This document shows positions 38,416 through 49,582 of a stretch of DNA of 64,000 nucleotides, piece by piece (the first letter of the stretch is position 1; each line of letters starts with the position of its first letter). Location of the stretch: the NCBI GenBank assembly GCA_046563655.1, contig CM102289.1, forward strand, positions 6,386,001 to 6,450,000, in the 5' to 3' direction. The notes below the pieces were generated by a model, which saw only the letters and a list, made by a program, of their open reading frames with translations, was not told the DNA's origin and made no database searches. This stretch comes from Yuukianura sp. NJ FZ-2021 (lineage: Eukaryota). The position numbers and the translations under genes are program-made.

Positions 38416-41400
38416 ATGTCAAATTCCAATAGCAGTCGAGAGGTGACAGAAAAGAAGAAAAAGAAAACTGTTTGGGAAGAAGCCGGTGAAGAGTTTTACC
38501 AAGAGAGTTATCCATCTGGAAGTGGTCAGCCCGAAGGAAATAATGGCATTGTGCCAAAGTCAGGTCGATCGCACAATTTTCCATTGCCGTCACATACTGC
38601 CCGCAAAAATAGTTTTGGATTTCATAACCGTAAGTTATTCAAAATTCTAGTATTAGAAATTCTCCACATTTTTAAAACGGGGATCGATTTTCAAATTCCA
38701 GGAAGGCGGAGTACGTTTGGTCGAACAGCTACAGTCACAACAAACACCAATGCATTCACAACATACAATTCCACAACCCGTCTACCTGCTCACGAAGTTA
38801 ATGTTGCAGCGCTTCCAGACTTTGCCGAAATGACAATACCGAATGAGCGTAAGCGTTGGTTGGAACTGCACAGAATCAAATCCATGCCGATAAACATGAC
38901 TGCCAAGAAAGAGCTTAAAATGCAACTTACGGTTAGCAAGCAATTAATTAACAATTATTCTACGAATGTTTAACGTAAAGTTTTTGTTTTGTATCAGACA
39001 ATTCCAATGCTGAAATTGAAAGGAACGAAGCGACTAAAATGGAATTTGCAGCGATTAAAGGATAACCTTATTCTCAAGTGGCAGCGATGGAAACAACGAC
39101 ATTTTTTATGGAATGGAGGTCTGAGGGAAGTGGAAGATCATGCTGGAACTTGTAAATCACAAAACTTAAGCATTTACATCGTGTTTTCTAATATGCTTTT
39201 CTAAATTCTAAAAATGTTTCCTTTTCTTTAGTTATTACTCGCATACTCGTTTCCATGAAGTGGACTGTATACTTCAATTTCATTTTGTTTCTTCTGCTTC
39301 TAACATTCATCATCCTGCCTCAAGCCATTCTTGATGAAGATCACGCGAACAACTCGACGTGTCCAGCGATTCTCAAAGATGGCAATGCTTCAATATCCGG
39401 AAACCGCAGTGAAAGTGATGACGTAGTGTCGAGAAAGAATTTTGCAGTCTGCTGTACCGAAGAATACGAGGCTGAAATTGCAAAATCTCGGTTCGAACTT
39501 GAAGAAAGTGATTGGACAATACTACTTCGGGCGCTCAATATGTCTACCGAAGGATGGGGATTCCCACTTTGTCTTACTTTTGGATTCTACAGCTCAGCAA
39601 AGCTCAAATTACCTCCAATTTTTAACGGAAATTATGATCTACCGTTGGCCTACATTCTCTTCCCAATACTTTTTTTCAGTGTCAGTCTTGTCACTGTTAT
39701 TTTTCAAATCCGTGCTGCAATTAAGGTAAATCCTAGTTTAAAAAAAATCGATTCTTTGAAAAAAAAGTTTTCTTTGAAAATGTTTGAAGTTTTTGCTTTG
39801 CAAATTCTATTTCATAGGAACTGGCTTTGGCAAGAGAAGGAGAATTTTACAAGTTCAGCAATTTAGTGTTCGCTGGATGGGACCATTACACTAAAACGTT
39901 GGTGGGAGCAAACTTTAGGAAACGAATTCTCAAACATGAAATGCAGATAGCACTGGAAACAGAGCATCTAAAGGCAATTGACTTCGCACATTTTTACTAA
40001 TGAAGTAATTCTAGTCAACTGTGTAATCAGTATTGAATTTTTTCAGGTCGCAAGTGAATCTCAAAAGCAAAAGTGGCTTATGTTTGCTAAGCGTTGCTTC
40101 ACAAATCTGATCGTTTTCATTCTTCTGGGCGGAGTCGCATGCATCAACTTTTTAGTCGCAGAAATCAGTCTACGCAGTCCAGGATGCTTGAGTTCTAATT
40201 GTACTGATGAAACTACTACTATGTTTGTCTCTGGTAGAAATCCAGGAAATCTTCTTATTCAAGTTCTTCCAGCCCTTGCCGTGGGTCTGTGCAATTTCTT
40301 TTTTCTTTCTATTCTGCATCAAGTAAGTCTCTAAAAATGAATCGAGTTGCCATTTGCCAATTTAATATCGGATGCTACGAGTAATACTTGTTTGGTTTCA
40401 GGTTGGCAGATTAGAAAATTATTCACACGAAACGGCAAAAACGCTTCTGCTGGGACGCGGTCTCATTGGTCGCTTGGTAGCAGTAGGCAGTGTTGGAGCC
40501 AGCTACTACCTTACTCTATACTGTCCAAAAATGGAATCAGAGTGTCGGTTATGCAGAGATGAATCGCTTGGAGAAAAAGATCCGTGCTGGGAAGCAGCAT
40601 TTGGAATTCAACTTTTGATGTAAAACGCTTTAAACAATCAACCGCGGTTGGAAGGATTTTAATATTAGTTGTTGTTTTTTTTTCAGAATACTGTTTGTGG
40701 ATCTTGTACTCCGACTGATTTTGACCTTGATATTTGGATATGGACGGTTCTTACTGAGCAAAATTTTGCCATGTAAGGTCATGGGAGATCAAAATTTTTG
40801 TACCACAAGACACTCCCTGGACGTCCTTTACCTTCAAGCCCTGTCAGCGTTCTTCTACTTTTCTCCACTTCTGCCACTGCTAATTCTCATCTACTGCTTT
40901 CTAATGTTCTACCTCAAGAAATTGTCGCTGCTAACTCTTGCAAAATGCGTAACGGAAACTGTTCGGTAAGGTTCGCTTTCAATATTTCGTTTCGTTATTC
41001 AAACACAGCCTTAATTTTGTATTATATTTGTTCAGGACGACTAGATCAAAGGCAGTTTATGTCACAGTTCGACTGGTAGCCCTCGTGACGGTCGCCGTTA
41101 GTCTTGGACTTGTCTTATTCGAACTTGAACCTTCCAAAGGGTGTGGACCGTTTCGAAACAACGGGTGAGATTTTAGTTAAACTGTTACTGGAATCAAATC
41201 GACTAACTTAGTTAATTAATCTCGGTCACTGAAATTTCAGAGTCCCTTGGGATGCAGTTAAGGATCTGGACCATCGTTCAGCCACTGAGGCTGTGATGGT
41301 AGTCATGTCCCCGCGTATACTCATACCTCTGCTACTTCTTATCACGGTAGTTTCGTACTTTTACTACTCCAGTGCCAAAGCAAACCGGCGCATGGTCGAA

Positions 41401-41655
41401 ACACTCAAGTGAGTTAACACAAAAGTGTTCTCAAAGCAAAACCCGGTTTTCTCTTAGATTCTATTAGAATCCGTTAAAATATAACGGAAATGATTAATTC
41501 TTAGGCATATGTTGGTACTGGAAGGACACGACAAGCAATATCTGTTTGCACGTCTCAACACAGTTCCGGAAGGAACAGAAAATGGAACTCTCCTGGACAG
41601 AAGCGTGGCTAACTTGGACGGTACAAATCATGTGGGTCCAAACCCGAAGAATTGA
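38416..41655 (+). CDS. Transmembrane channel-like protein (TMC7-like)
   Basis: WEEAGEEFYQESYP, YDLPLAY, VFAGWD, PCWE, FSPLLP, PSKGCGPFR and LVLEGHDKQYL, with multiple TM segments. Stop TGA at 41653-55. Confidence 0.85.
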
Positions 41656-41831
41656 TGGTGGTAGCTTTAATCTCCAAGCATTGCGCAAACTCATTTTAAC
41701 TCAATTATTGCTCTTCAAACGAAACATTGATGATAAATGCAGGAGATTCATCTTATACAAGTCGTCAAACTTACCAAAAATGAAAAAGATACTCACTCAA
41801 ACACACTTACGCTAACAAGCACATGTTAATT

Positions 41832-42442
41832 TTATGGATTTCCAGTGTCTTCTGGAGGCGGAATCGGAGCATGAAGCTGTAATTACAATTTAAGCGACTT
41901 TTCAGTAATTTGAAAAGAAAATGCATCAAGCTAAAGAAATCCAAAGTTCACTTACAATTTCTGAAACGTTGAGCCAGTCCAACAACTTGACGTGCGAATC
42001 ATTCCTTGTCGGTTTCTTATCCCAATTCCAATATGTGTATTCCGTAAAATCAGATACAATGCGGTACTTCTTTGGACCATCCTTGGTTTCGCTGTCCTTG
42101 CGTACATTTGTTTCAGTAGTTCCAACAAAGCCATGAAAATTGGGTGGTAGTTGAATCTTGCTACCGTTCAAAGGCCGTCCGCGAAGATGAACTTCCAGAG
42201 CTGCAGAGAAAGGCATACTTGGCATTATCCTTCTACATTTAAGTTAATTCCTAACTTGACTAAATCGTGGTGATGTCTTAATTATTCTTACCACCGTCTT
42301 CGCCCTTCGAAATGCGATTCGAAAACTTCGTATCAACATTTACCGGTCCATTTGCTTCGATTTTCGCAGGAATGTAATGGATGTCTTCTCTTGTAATTGT
42401 TTCAGCAACTTCAAATGTGTTTTGGATTCTATTTCCAGCCAT
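41832..42442 (-). CDS. RNASEH2C: Ribonuclease H2 subunit C
   Basis: Three exons: IHYIPAKIEANGPVNV..|LEVHLRGRPLNG..LPPNFHGFV..FTEYTYWNWDKKP..LLDWLNVSEI|LHAPI. Confidence 0.88.
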
Positions 42443-43529
42443 TTCGATGGGACGTAAACCGTTGCACAACTTTTCTTATGACCTCTCTGTTGACCAGTTA
42501 AGACCTGTACCGATTTTGGAATTACTTTTGCGGTCTTTTCTCTCTTTTTCAGCCTGTTCTTTTGTTCAGCTTCCCGCCTCACAATCAAAACACCGTTGCG
42601 TTAAGGACCGACGGTAATCATTGTAGCCACACCGTGTGTAGCCATATGATGGCTACCTTTCCATCACATTTCTCGCGAAGTTTTTATTTCTTTTTGCATT
42701 ACTCGTCTCGTCGGCACGTTTCGCACCCTCCAGGATGAAGAGAATGTTACAAATTGTAACATTCTAATATAGAGCATTCATTGTAACTTACAATGAATAT
42801 TCTCTCTTGTATTTTTTAAGACAACTGTGACCAAATGTGATTCCAATTACCATTTCTACTGTAAAACGTAATAAAAAATGCATCTAAAACGTGTGTTGTG
42901 TAAGCTAAAGTTTAGAAGGGAAGCAAATCTGAGAAAGAGCTGCCGGAGGGTTAGAAAAGTGCTCACAAATGTACCCAATGAGGGATGTAATCATAAACGG
43001 GAAGAAATCATATTCGGCCCGCCTATCTTATTCGGTTACACCTGACTGGCAATGTTTGTAACCGTTTTAGCCTAGCTTAAAGTGGTAACATAAGAAGTCT
43101 CAAAAAAGTAGTCGCAATTTGCGACTCGCAAACCTAGCATGCTACATTGTTTGGCTACAGCGAGCGTCGTTAAAGCTTCTACCAACCAGGAAGTCACGTG
43201 GCTGTGTTTACATTTAGCAAATGACGAATGAAGCACAAATGATGAATTCACGTAATCCCAGGATTATTGTCAACCTGCTGCTGGCTGAGGCTGACCGGAA
43301 TCAAGGACGGTGTGACCTTCAACCTCGAGCTTTAGAGTTTGACCTTTCGCTCTTCTGGCAAGGAACCTGTTATCAACTACTGTAAGTGGTTTGAGAGTAA
43401 GCAGTAGAACTTGACATTACAATTACAAGTGCCTTTTCTCCTTAGGTACTTTGTTCTTGTTTGGTTTTGCATTTGCTGTATAATTTTATTTCTGTATTTA
43501 TTATCTTTATGTTATTTATTATTTATGTA

Positions 43530-43646
43530 CAGGATGGGCCTTTAATCTCCTTACCCTCTTTCTTTTCCTCTCACTATTGTCATAAGAAACTCATGTGAGA
43601 GTTTCTCTTTCTTTCACTTGGGTAAGGAGATTAAAGGCCCATCCTG
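43530..43646. mobile_element. 117-bp MITE (Tc1/mariner-type)
   Basis: Perfect 27-bp TIRs caggatgggcctttaatctccttaccc, TA on both sides (43528-29, 43647-48), and an internal hairpin agaaactc/gagtttct. Confidence 0.88.
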
Positions 43647-43762
43647 TATCTTCACCTGTTTGATTCAGAGAAAAATTCATCGACGAATTCGGCGGAACTC
43701 ACAACACAAAGTGAAACGTAGAGGTGAATGAACTGCTCAATTAGGACACAAACAGCTTAAGT

Positions 43763-45118
43763 ATGCGTTCCGGAGTTTTTGGAGTACTTGCTAAGCTTGC
43801 GAAATCGTCCTCGAAGGTCCCTTTTGCTCCTGTGGTGTCAGTACCAAGCCGATTCGCGTCATATGAAACACTGGCAGTGAATTCTGTTGCACCACACGTT
43901 ACTCATGTAGAGATCAATCGGCCTGAAAAACGAAACGCGATGAACCATAAATTCTGGGGGTAAGTTATCCTAAAAATCAATACGCTTTGATCTGGGCTCA
44001 TTAAATTGCTTTAGAAACTGACGAAATTCGTTGAATGAATGTACAGTGAGCTGAAAGTTTGCTTCGAATCGCTTCATGAGGATACCAGTTGCAGGGCTGT
44101 CATATTAAGCGGTGCTGGGAAGATGTTTACAGCAGGTAAAATGTCAAAAACGATATTTTTTTTCTTTACAAAAATTCTGAATCTCCTAGTTAGTAAAACG
44201 CCGTTTCGTTTTGCTTTAGGTATTGATCTGTCTTCAATTCAAGAAGTTATGCTGAACATCACACAAGGTGACGACGACATAGGCCGCAGAACTAGGAAAC
44301 TGTATAAGCTAATCACACATTATCAAGCCAGTTTTACTTCACTAGAAAAGGTGAAGTTCGTCTCACTATACGTAAATTGAACGAATTCAGTCAACTTATT
44401 TTTGTTTTGACTTATCAGTGTGCAAAACCTGTTATAGCCGCCGTCCACTCCGGATGCATCGGTGCTGGGTCTAATTTGATTTGTTCTGCCGACATTCGCT
44501 ACTGTACTAACGATGCGTTCTTTCAAATTAAAGAAGCCGAAATCGGTAAATTCTCTCAATTTCGTTGCCAATTGACATATTCTAAATACATTGTTCGTAC
44601 ATTGATATTAGGAATCGCTGCTGACGTCGGTGCTCTACAACGGATGCCTCGGGTAGTTGGAAACGAAAGTTTGGTCCGTGAACTTGCGTTTACTGCGCGA
44701 CAAATGTTTTCTGATGAAGCTTTGCAATGTGGTTTAGTAAGCCGTGTATTTCCAGACAAAGCCAGGTTAGCTCTAATTGACTATTTACACATCGAGTTCA
44801 CAAAACTCAGAACTTTCGTATCATAACAGCATGATTGATGCGGCAATTGGTGTCGCTACTACAATTTCATCCAAGTCTCCTGTTGCCGTCCAAGGTGCCA
44901 AAGTCCATCTTAATTATTCGAGAGACCATACAGTTGACGAGGGACTGGACTACCAGGTTCTTAAAACAAACATAACTGAGGCGTCAACAAATTATAATTT
45001 CCGAACTTTTTCTTTATTATAGGCTTCATGGAACATGTCAATGCTACAAAGCGAAGACTTGATGAAAGCCGCGATGGCAATGATGGGAAAAACTAAGGCA
45101 GAATTTAGCGACTACTGA
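43763..45118 (+). CDS. ECH1: Delta(3,5)-delta(2,4)-dienoyl-CoA isomerase (crotonase family)
   Basis: HVEINRPEKRNAMN, RAVILSGAGKMFTAGIDL, KPVIAAVHSGCIG, AADVGALQRMP, SKSPVAVQG, YSRDHTVDEGL and WNMSMLQSEDL. Confidence 0.9.
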
Positions 45119-46828
45119 TAACCCATGTCATGTTGATGTCTGATGTCACAGTCACAAGCATGAAATGAATACTACAATGCTATACATTTATTTTGACTCG
45201 CAATTGGAATAAACTATAACCTCTACATTTTTTTTCGCAGTTTTTATGACCATTTTGCTTAGAAATCGATTCCATGCATTGTATCCAGCAGGTCACCTTT
45301 CCAGCCTCAGAAAACATAGGTTCGGTTCAGTTTCTGGACATAGCAATCGTTCCCCATAGCGGCCTCCAAACTATGAACTTGCGCATGGCTAATCGATACA
45401 AACAGGAAAGTTAAAATGCAAGCATTCATAACGAGACGACTAAAGTTTTAGTTTCGAATTCCAAGAAATGTTAGTAATATAGACTATATTACTAACATTT
45501 CTTGGAATACGTTTATTAGTACGAATACGAATAGTAGTACGTTTTAATTTTACAGTGTCATTTTTATAGCAACATCCTTGTCTAATCGGACAAATTTTCA
45601 ATTTTTTGATAAATTCTAGATAATTTGAAAATGGCGATTTTGCAACGAGGAAGACAAACATTGCAGCTTAATTCCACTTTATGGAATTCTAATAACAAAG
45701 CAATCACTTTGGAATCGCTTCAATAGTTTAGCTTACTCTTCCGCTATTTACTGTTTTTCGTTTAGTGTTTTTTAGAAGTAACACCTTCATTACTTTGAAG
45801 CCAAAATTCCGTGTAAGCGATTTCAGTAATTTTAGAGTTGTAGAATTTATAGAATTTTGGTTTTACTTTTTAGATACAAAAAGTTTGACTTCTAACATAT
45901 TTTTTATTGGTTCATGTTTCCAGATATTGTGACGACGAGTGACATTTGACATTCTGCATTTTCCTAAGTTTTGTTTTATAACCCAACCTATAAAGTGGAA
46001 CGTGACAGATTAAAATCTGTCTCAAGTGACCCCAAGCGTCCGGAAATTGCCGACACTCCAGCAAAAAAAGAAGTCTGTCGACATCCAGGCATTTCACCTG
46101 CTGGAAATCTTTGTTATATTCCATCACGGCTTTATATATAGCAGACGTAAAAAGTTGCAAAAAAACAACAAGTAAAAATCTCATTTGTTTCCATCTCCGT
46201 CCATGAGTCTTACAACTTAAAACACTCAATTCTAAAGGTCACCCACTAAAAAAAGTTAACTTGTTTTTAGCTTTTTCTTTTTTGGGTAGAATCCTATAAC
46301 TTTGCATTTTTTTACTGCCGTACCCTAAACAGGGTGGAGGCACAAAATTTTTGCTCAATTGCGAACTGATTACTCACAACAAAAGGACTAGACTAGCAAA
46401 AAGCGTAAGTTTTGGCAATTTATTTTTAGTCTTTTGGTAAAAAATGGGTGGGATCATGGGTAAAAACAACTCAAAAGTACGCTACACTTTTTTAAATTTT
46501 ATCAAAACAAAAAAAAATTGTTTTAAAGTTGAAGTGGGAGTTTTACTATACAAAAGGGTATTTAAATCTCAAAGTTAAAAGTCTCAAAGTAAAGTTAGTT
46601 TTTAATTAACTTTGTGGCAAAGTCGAAAGTGCGCGGAAGAGTAAATGCGGTTTTAGCTAAAGTGTTAACTTCCAAAACCACCGATTACATTAAATATTTG
46701 ATTAGTTTTTGTTTTTGACTTTTGAACTTTAGTAAAATTTAGCTTAGCTTAACTTTGCTTTGTAACGACGTCAAGAGCGCAGCTTTTGCGTTAAAAACGA
46801 TTTTTAAAGGTTTGAATAATTTTTTTAG

Positions 46829-47943
46829 ATGGCAACTAAACCAGCGGCGGCTGATAAAACAGCGGCTCCAGCAAATACTACAAGTGATGCACAACAAGTA
46901 AGTTATCCTTAAAAATTTTAAAATTCGAAAGTTACTTTTCAGTTTTCCATTTTTTTGTGATTTTTTAACTATTGATGTGATTTGCTAAATAGAAAGATGT
47001 TGGTGCGGAATGTGAAACGGGTGGATTGAGTAAATTTCTGGAAGCGAATGACAAGATTAAAGCAATCGTGGGAAAGGTCAAAACCGAAATTACAGAAAAA
47101 CTTAAACTTTTGACCAAAGAGAAACTTCCAAAAGATCTGGAAATTGTTGGATACCGAGTGATTGTTGTTCGTGGATTCATGTACTTTGCTAAGGTAAGCT
47201 TCGCATTCAATCGAAATTTGAAAATTCACGTTCAAAATATTTTTTTCAAATCGCCACATGTTTGTGTTTGTTGTATTTTTAGATCAAAATTCCAGGCAAC
47301 AGCTTCGTACATGCAAAAATTCTTGAAACTCCAGAAGGCGAAGTTACACTTTACGGTGTTCACGAAACTAAAACTGAGGCAGATGAAATCGAGTACTTCA
47401 AGTTACCAAGTACTACAACTGATGCACAGCAAGTAAGCTTTTCTACCAAACTTTTTCTAGTATACTATTTTTTGAACACTGCTTTATTTTAAAAGTCTAC
47501 GATTTTTTTGTGATCTTAAGAAGGATATGGAATCGGAATATGAAACAGGCGGTTTGAGCAAATTTCATGAAGCAGATGACAAAATTCGAGCAGTCGTTGA
47601 AAAAGTGCATGACGAAATTGCTGAAAAAATTAAACTGTTGACGAAAGAAAAAGTACCGAAGAATTTGGAGGTTGTTGGATATCGAATGAACGTCGTTCTT
47701 GGATTCATGTATTATGCAAAGGTAATTTTTTCTAAATCAAAGTCAAAGTATCAAATTTTGATTTTTAAATTGAACTTCTTTTTATCCAACTTTATGTTTT
47801 TCCAGATTAAAATTCCAGGAAACAGTTTTGTTCAAGCAAAAATTTTGGAAACACCAAGCGGTGAAATTACACTTCATAGTGTTTACGAGACGAAAACGGC
47901 TGAAGATGAAAGAGAGTACTTCAAACTACCAGTTTCAAAATAA
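46829..47943 (+). CDS. Two-domain stefin (type-1 cystatin)-like protein
   Basis: Five exons encoding two ~100-aa repeats: ETGGLS..DKI.A.V.KV..EI.EK..LE.VGYR..VV.G..Y.AK|IKIPGNSFV.AKI..EYF. This matches the cystatin A/B layout. An acceptor AG directly before the ATG means an upstream exon is possible. Confidence 0.72.
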
Positions 47944-48332
47944 GTTTTGGCACTTTTCAAAATCATGAACAATTTGCAATCCAGTTTTCTTTCCAAGATT
48001 CCAAATTCCATTCACTATAGGTTAACTTTTGCGCATTAGAATTTACTAAAAAGTTTTGGCTGACATTAGAAACGCACCTGAAATTACTGAATATTATTTT
48101 TGTAATTGCTGAAATTTACCTTGTAAAAATGTTTAGCTCCGCTGAGGAATCTCAATTGACTCGCTTTGTGGTTTCTAACTTTTCCTGATTATCAAGTCCC
48201 GTCGGTTGGGAAATTATGTGACTTAATAAATAACTAAACCACAAAATAGACACAAAAGACTTTGCTGATTTGTTCTTTAATTTTCTCAGCAATACGGCAC
48301 CGTATTTTCAGTTGTAAATTTTGAATCAAAAT

Positions 48333-49019
48333 ATGGAACCTGCAAAAACACCTCTTGTACCGCCAGAAAAGAAAAGTGAAAGTAAATTCAACAACGATTA
48401 CGGCGCTACTGCTCACAGTTCACACCAAGGTCAAGGTCAATCTCTCAGGTCATCCCTAGTCAACAATCCAGAATCACAGAAGATAGCAAGAAGTGTTGTA
48501 AGCCGCGTAGGTCAGTTCCTGCTGACTAAATGTGGAAAGAAAAACCAGCCGGGACCAAGTGCAGAAGATGAAGTAAAAATCAAAAATGATTTCGATAGTT
48601 TTTCAAAAATTTGGAAAAACGCTTGAATGAAATTTTGTTCTTAGGAGTACAATTTGGCAGATGAGCTCAGAAAACCAAATGAAAGTACGCGAAACATGCT
48701 GGCAAAATTTGAAAAGCAAATTAAAGCGAAGGTGACGGAGATGGGTCTGCCTACTCCAGTGAAACTGATTTTCATTGGATACAAAACGCATCAAATTTCA
48801 GGAATTGATTACTTTTTAAAAGTAAGTTAATTAATTTTTAACATTTTAAGTTTAATTTTGAATTAATTTTTATGAAATTTTACTTTTACGTAGGTGAAAG
48901 CCTCAAATTCCGGACAATATTTTCATGTCCGAATCTACGAAACGCTCCAATCAGACTTAATACTGCAAGATGTCGCTGGTCCAAAGTTCACCAGTGATAA
49001 AATTGAAATTCCGACGTAA
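48333..49019 (+). CDS. Stefin-like protein with long N-terminal extension
   Basis: Three exons. The C-terminal part LIFIGYKTHQISGIDYFLK|VKASNSGQYFHVRIYETL..KFTSDKIEIPT* follows the stefin pattern and has the same intron position as the neighbour. Confidence 0.65.
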
Positions 49020-49582
49020 TTTTTAAAAAGTTAATTTTTGCAAAGTTATTCCAACTATTAGGACGGTGCTCATTTCACTTTTAAAATTCACTTTCAAAAT
49101 TAATTAGCACCCGTAAAAAGCTCATAATCGACCGCCGTCAACTGAACAAACAAAAGGAAATTAAATTCTGACAACTTTACACGATCCATCACTTTACTCT
49201 GCAAATTAGCTAGAAAAATTCCTGCGAAGTTCCACCATAAGTAAGTTTTGCATGCCAAAACCGCAGTTTATGGAATTCGCAAAAATGAAAACCATGCAAA
49301 ACCCGGCTGATTTTCTCAGCAATATTTGCGAATAGACCAGTATCTAAAAACCTGATTATAACTTATCAGGTTTTTTACGTAAGTTGAATTTTGATTACAA
49401 ATGAAAAATCAGCACGAGAACAGAGGAGTCATAGCTCACTTTTACTTTTTATAGTAGCTGGATCACACCTTATAAATAAATCCCAATGTCAGTCAGATTT
49501 TGACATTTGCCATTTCTTGTTCTAAAAGTGTCGGTGCTGAACTTTTTTGAAGTGGCGAATAGCTTTTAGATCTTGTTTTAAA

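Noticed and set aside
45912..46229. 105-aa minus-strand ORF, or a possible upstream exon of the stefin gene
   Set aside because: No recognisable motif, and no convincing start or splice path could be established.
48427..48440. aggtcaaggtca direct repeat
   Set aside because: It lies in coding sequence (QGQGQ) with no spacer, and is explained by the peptide repeat.
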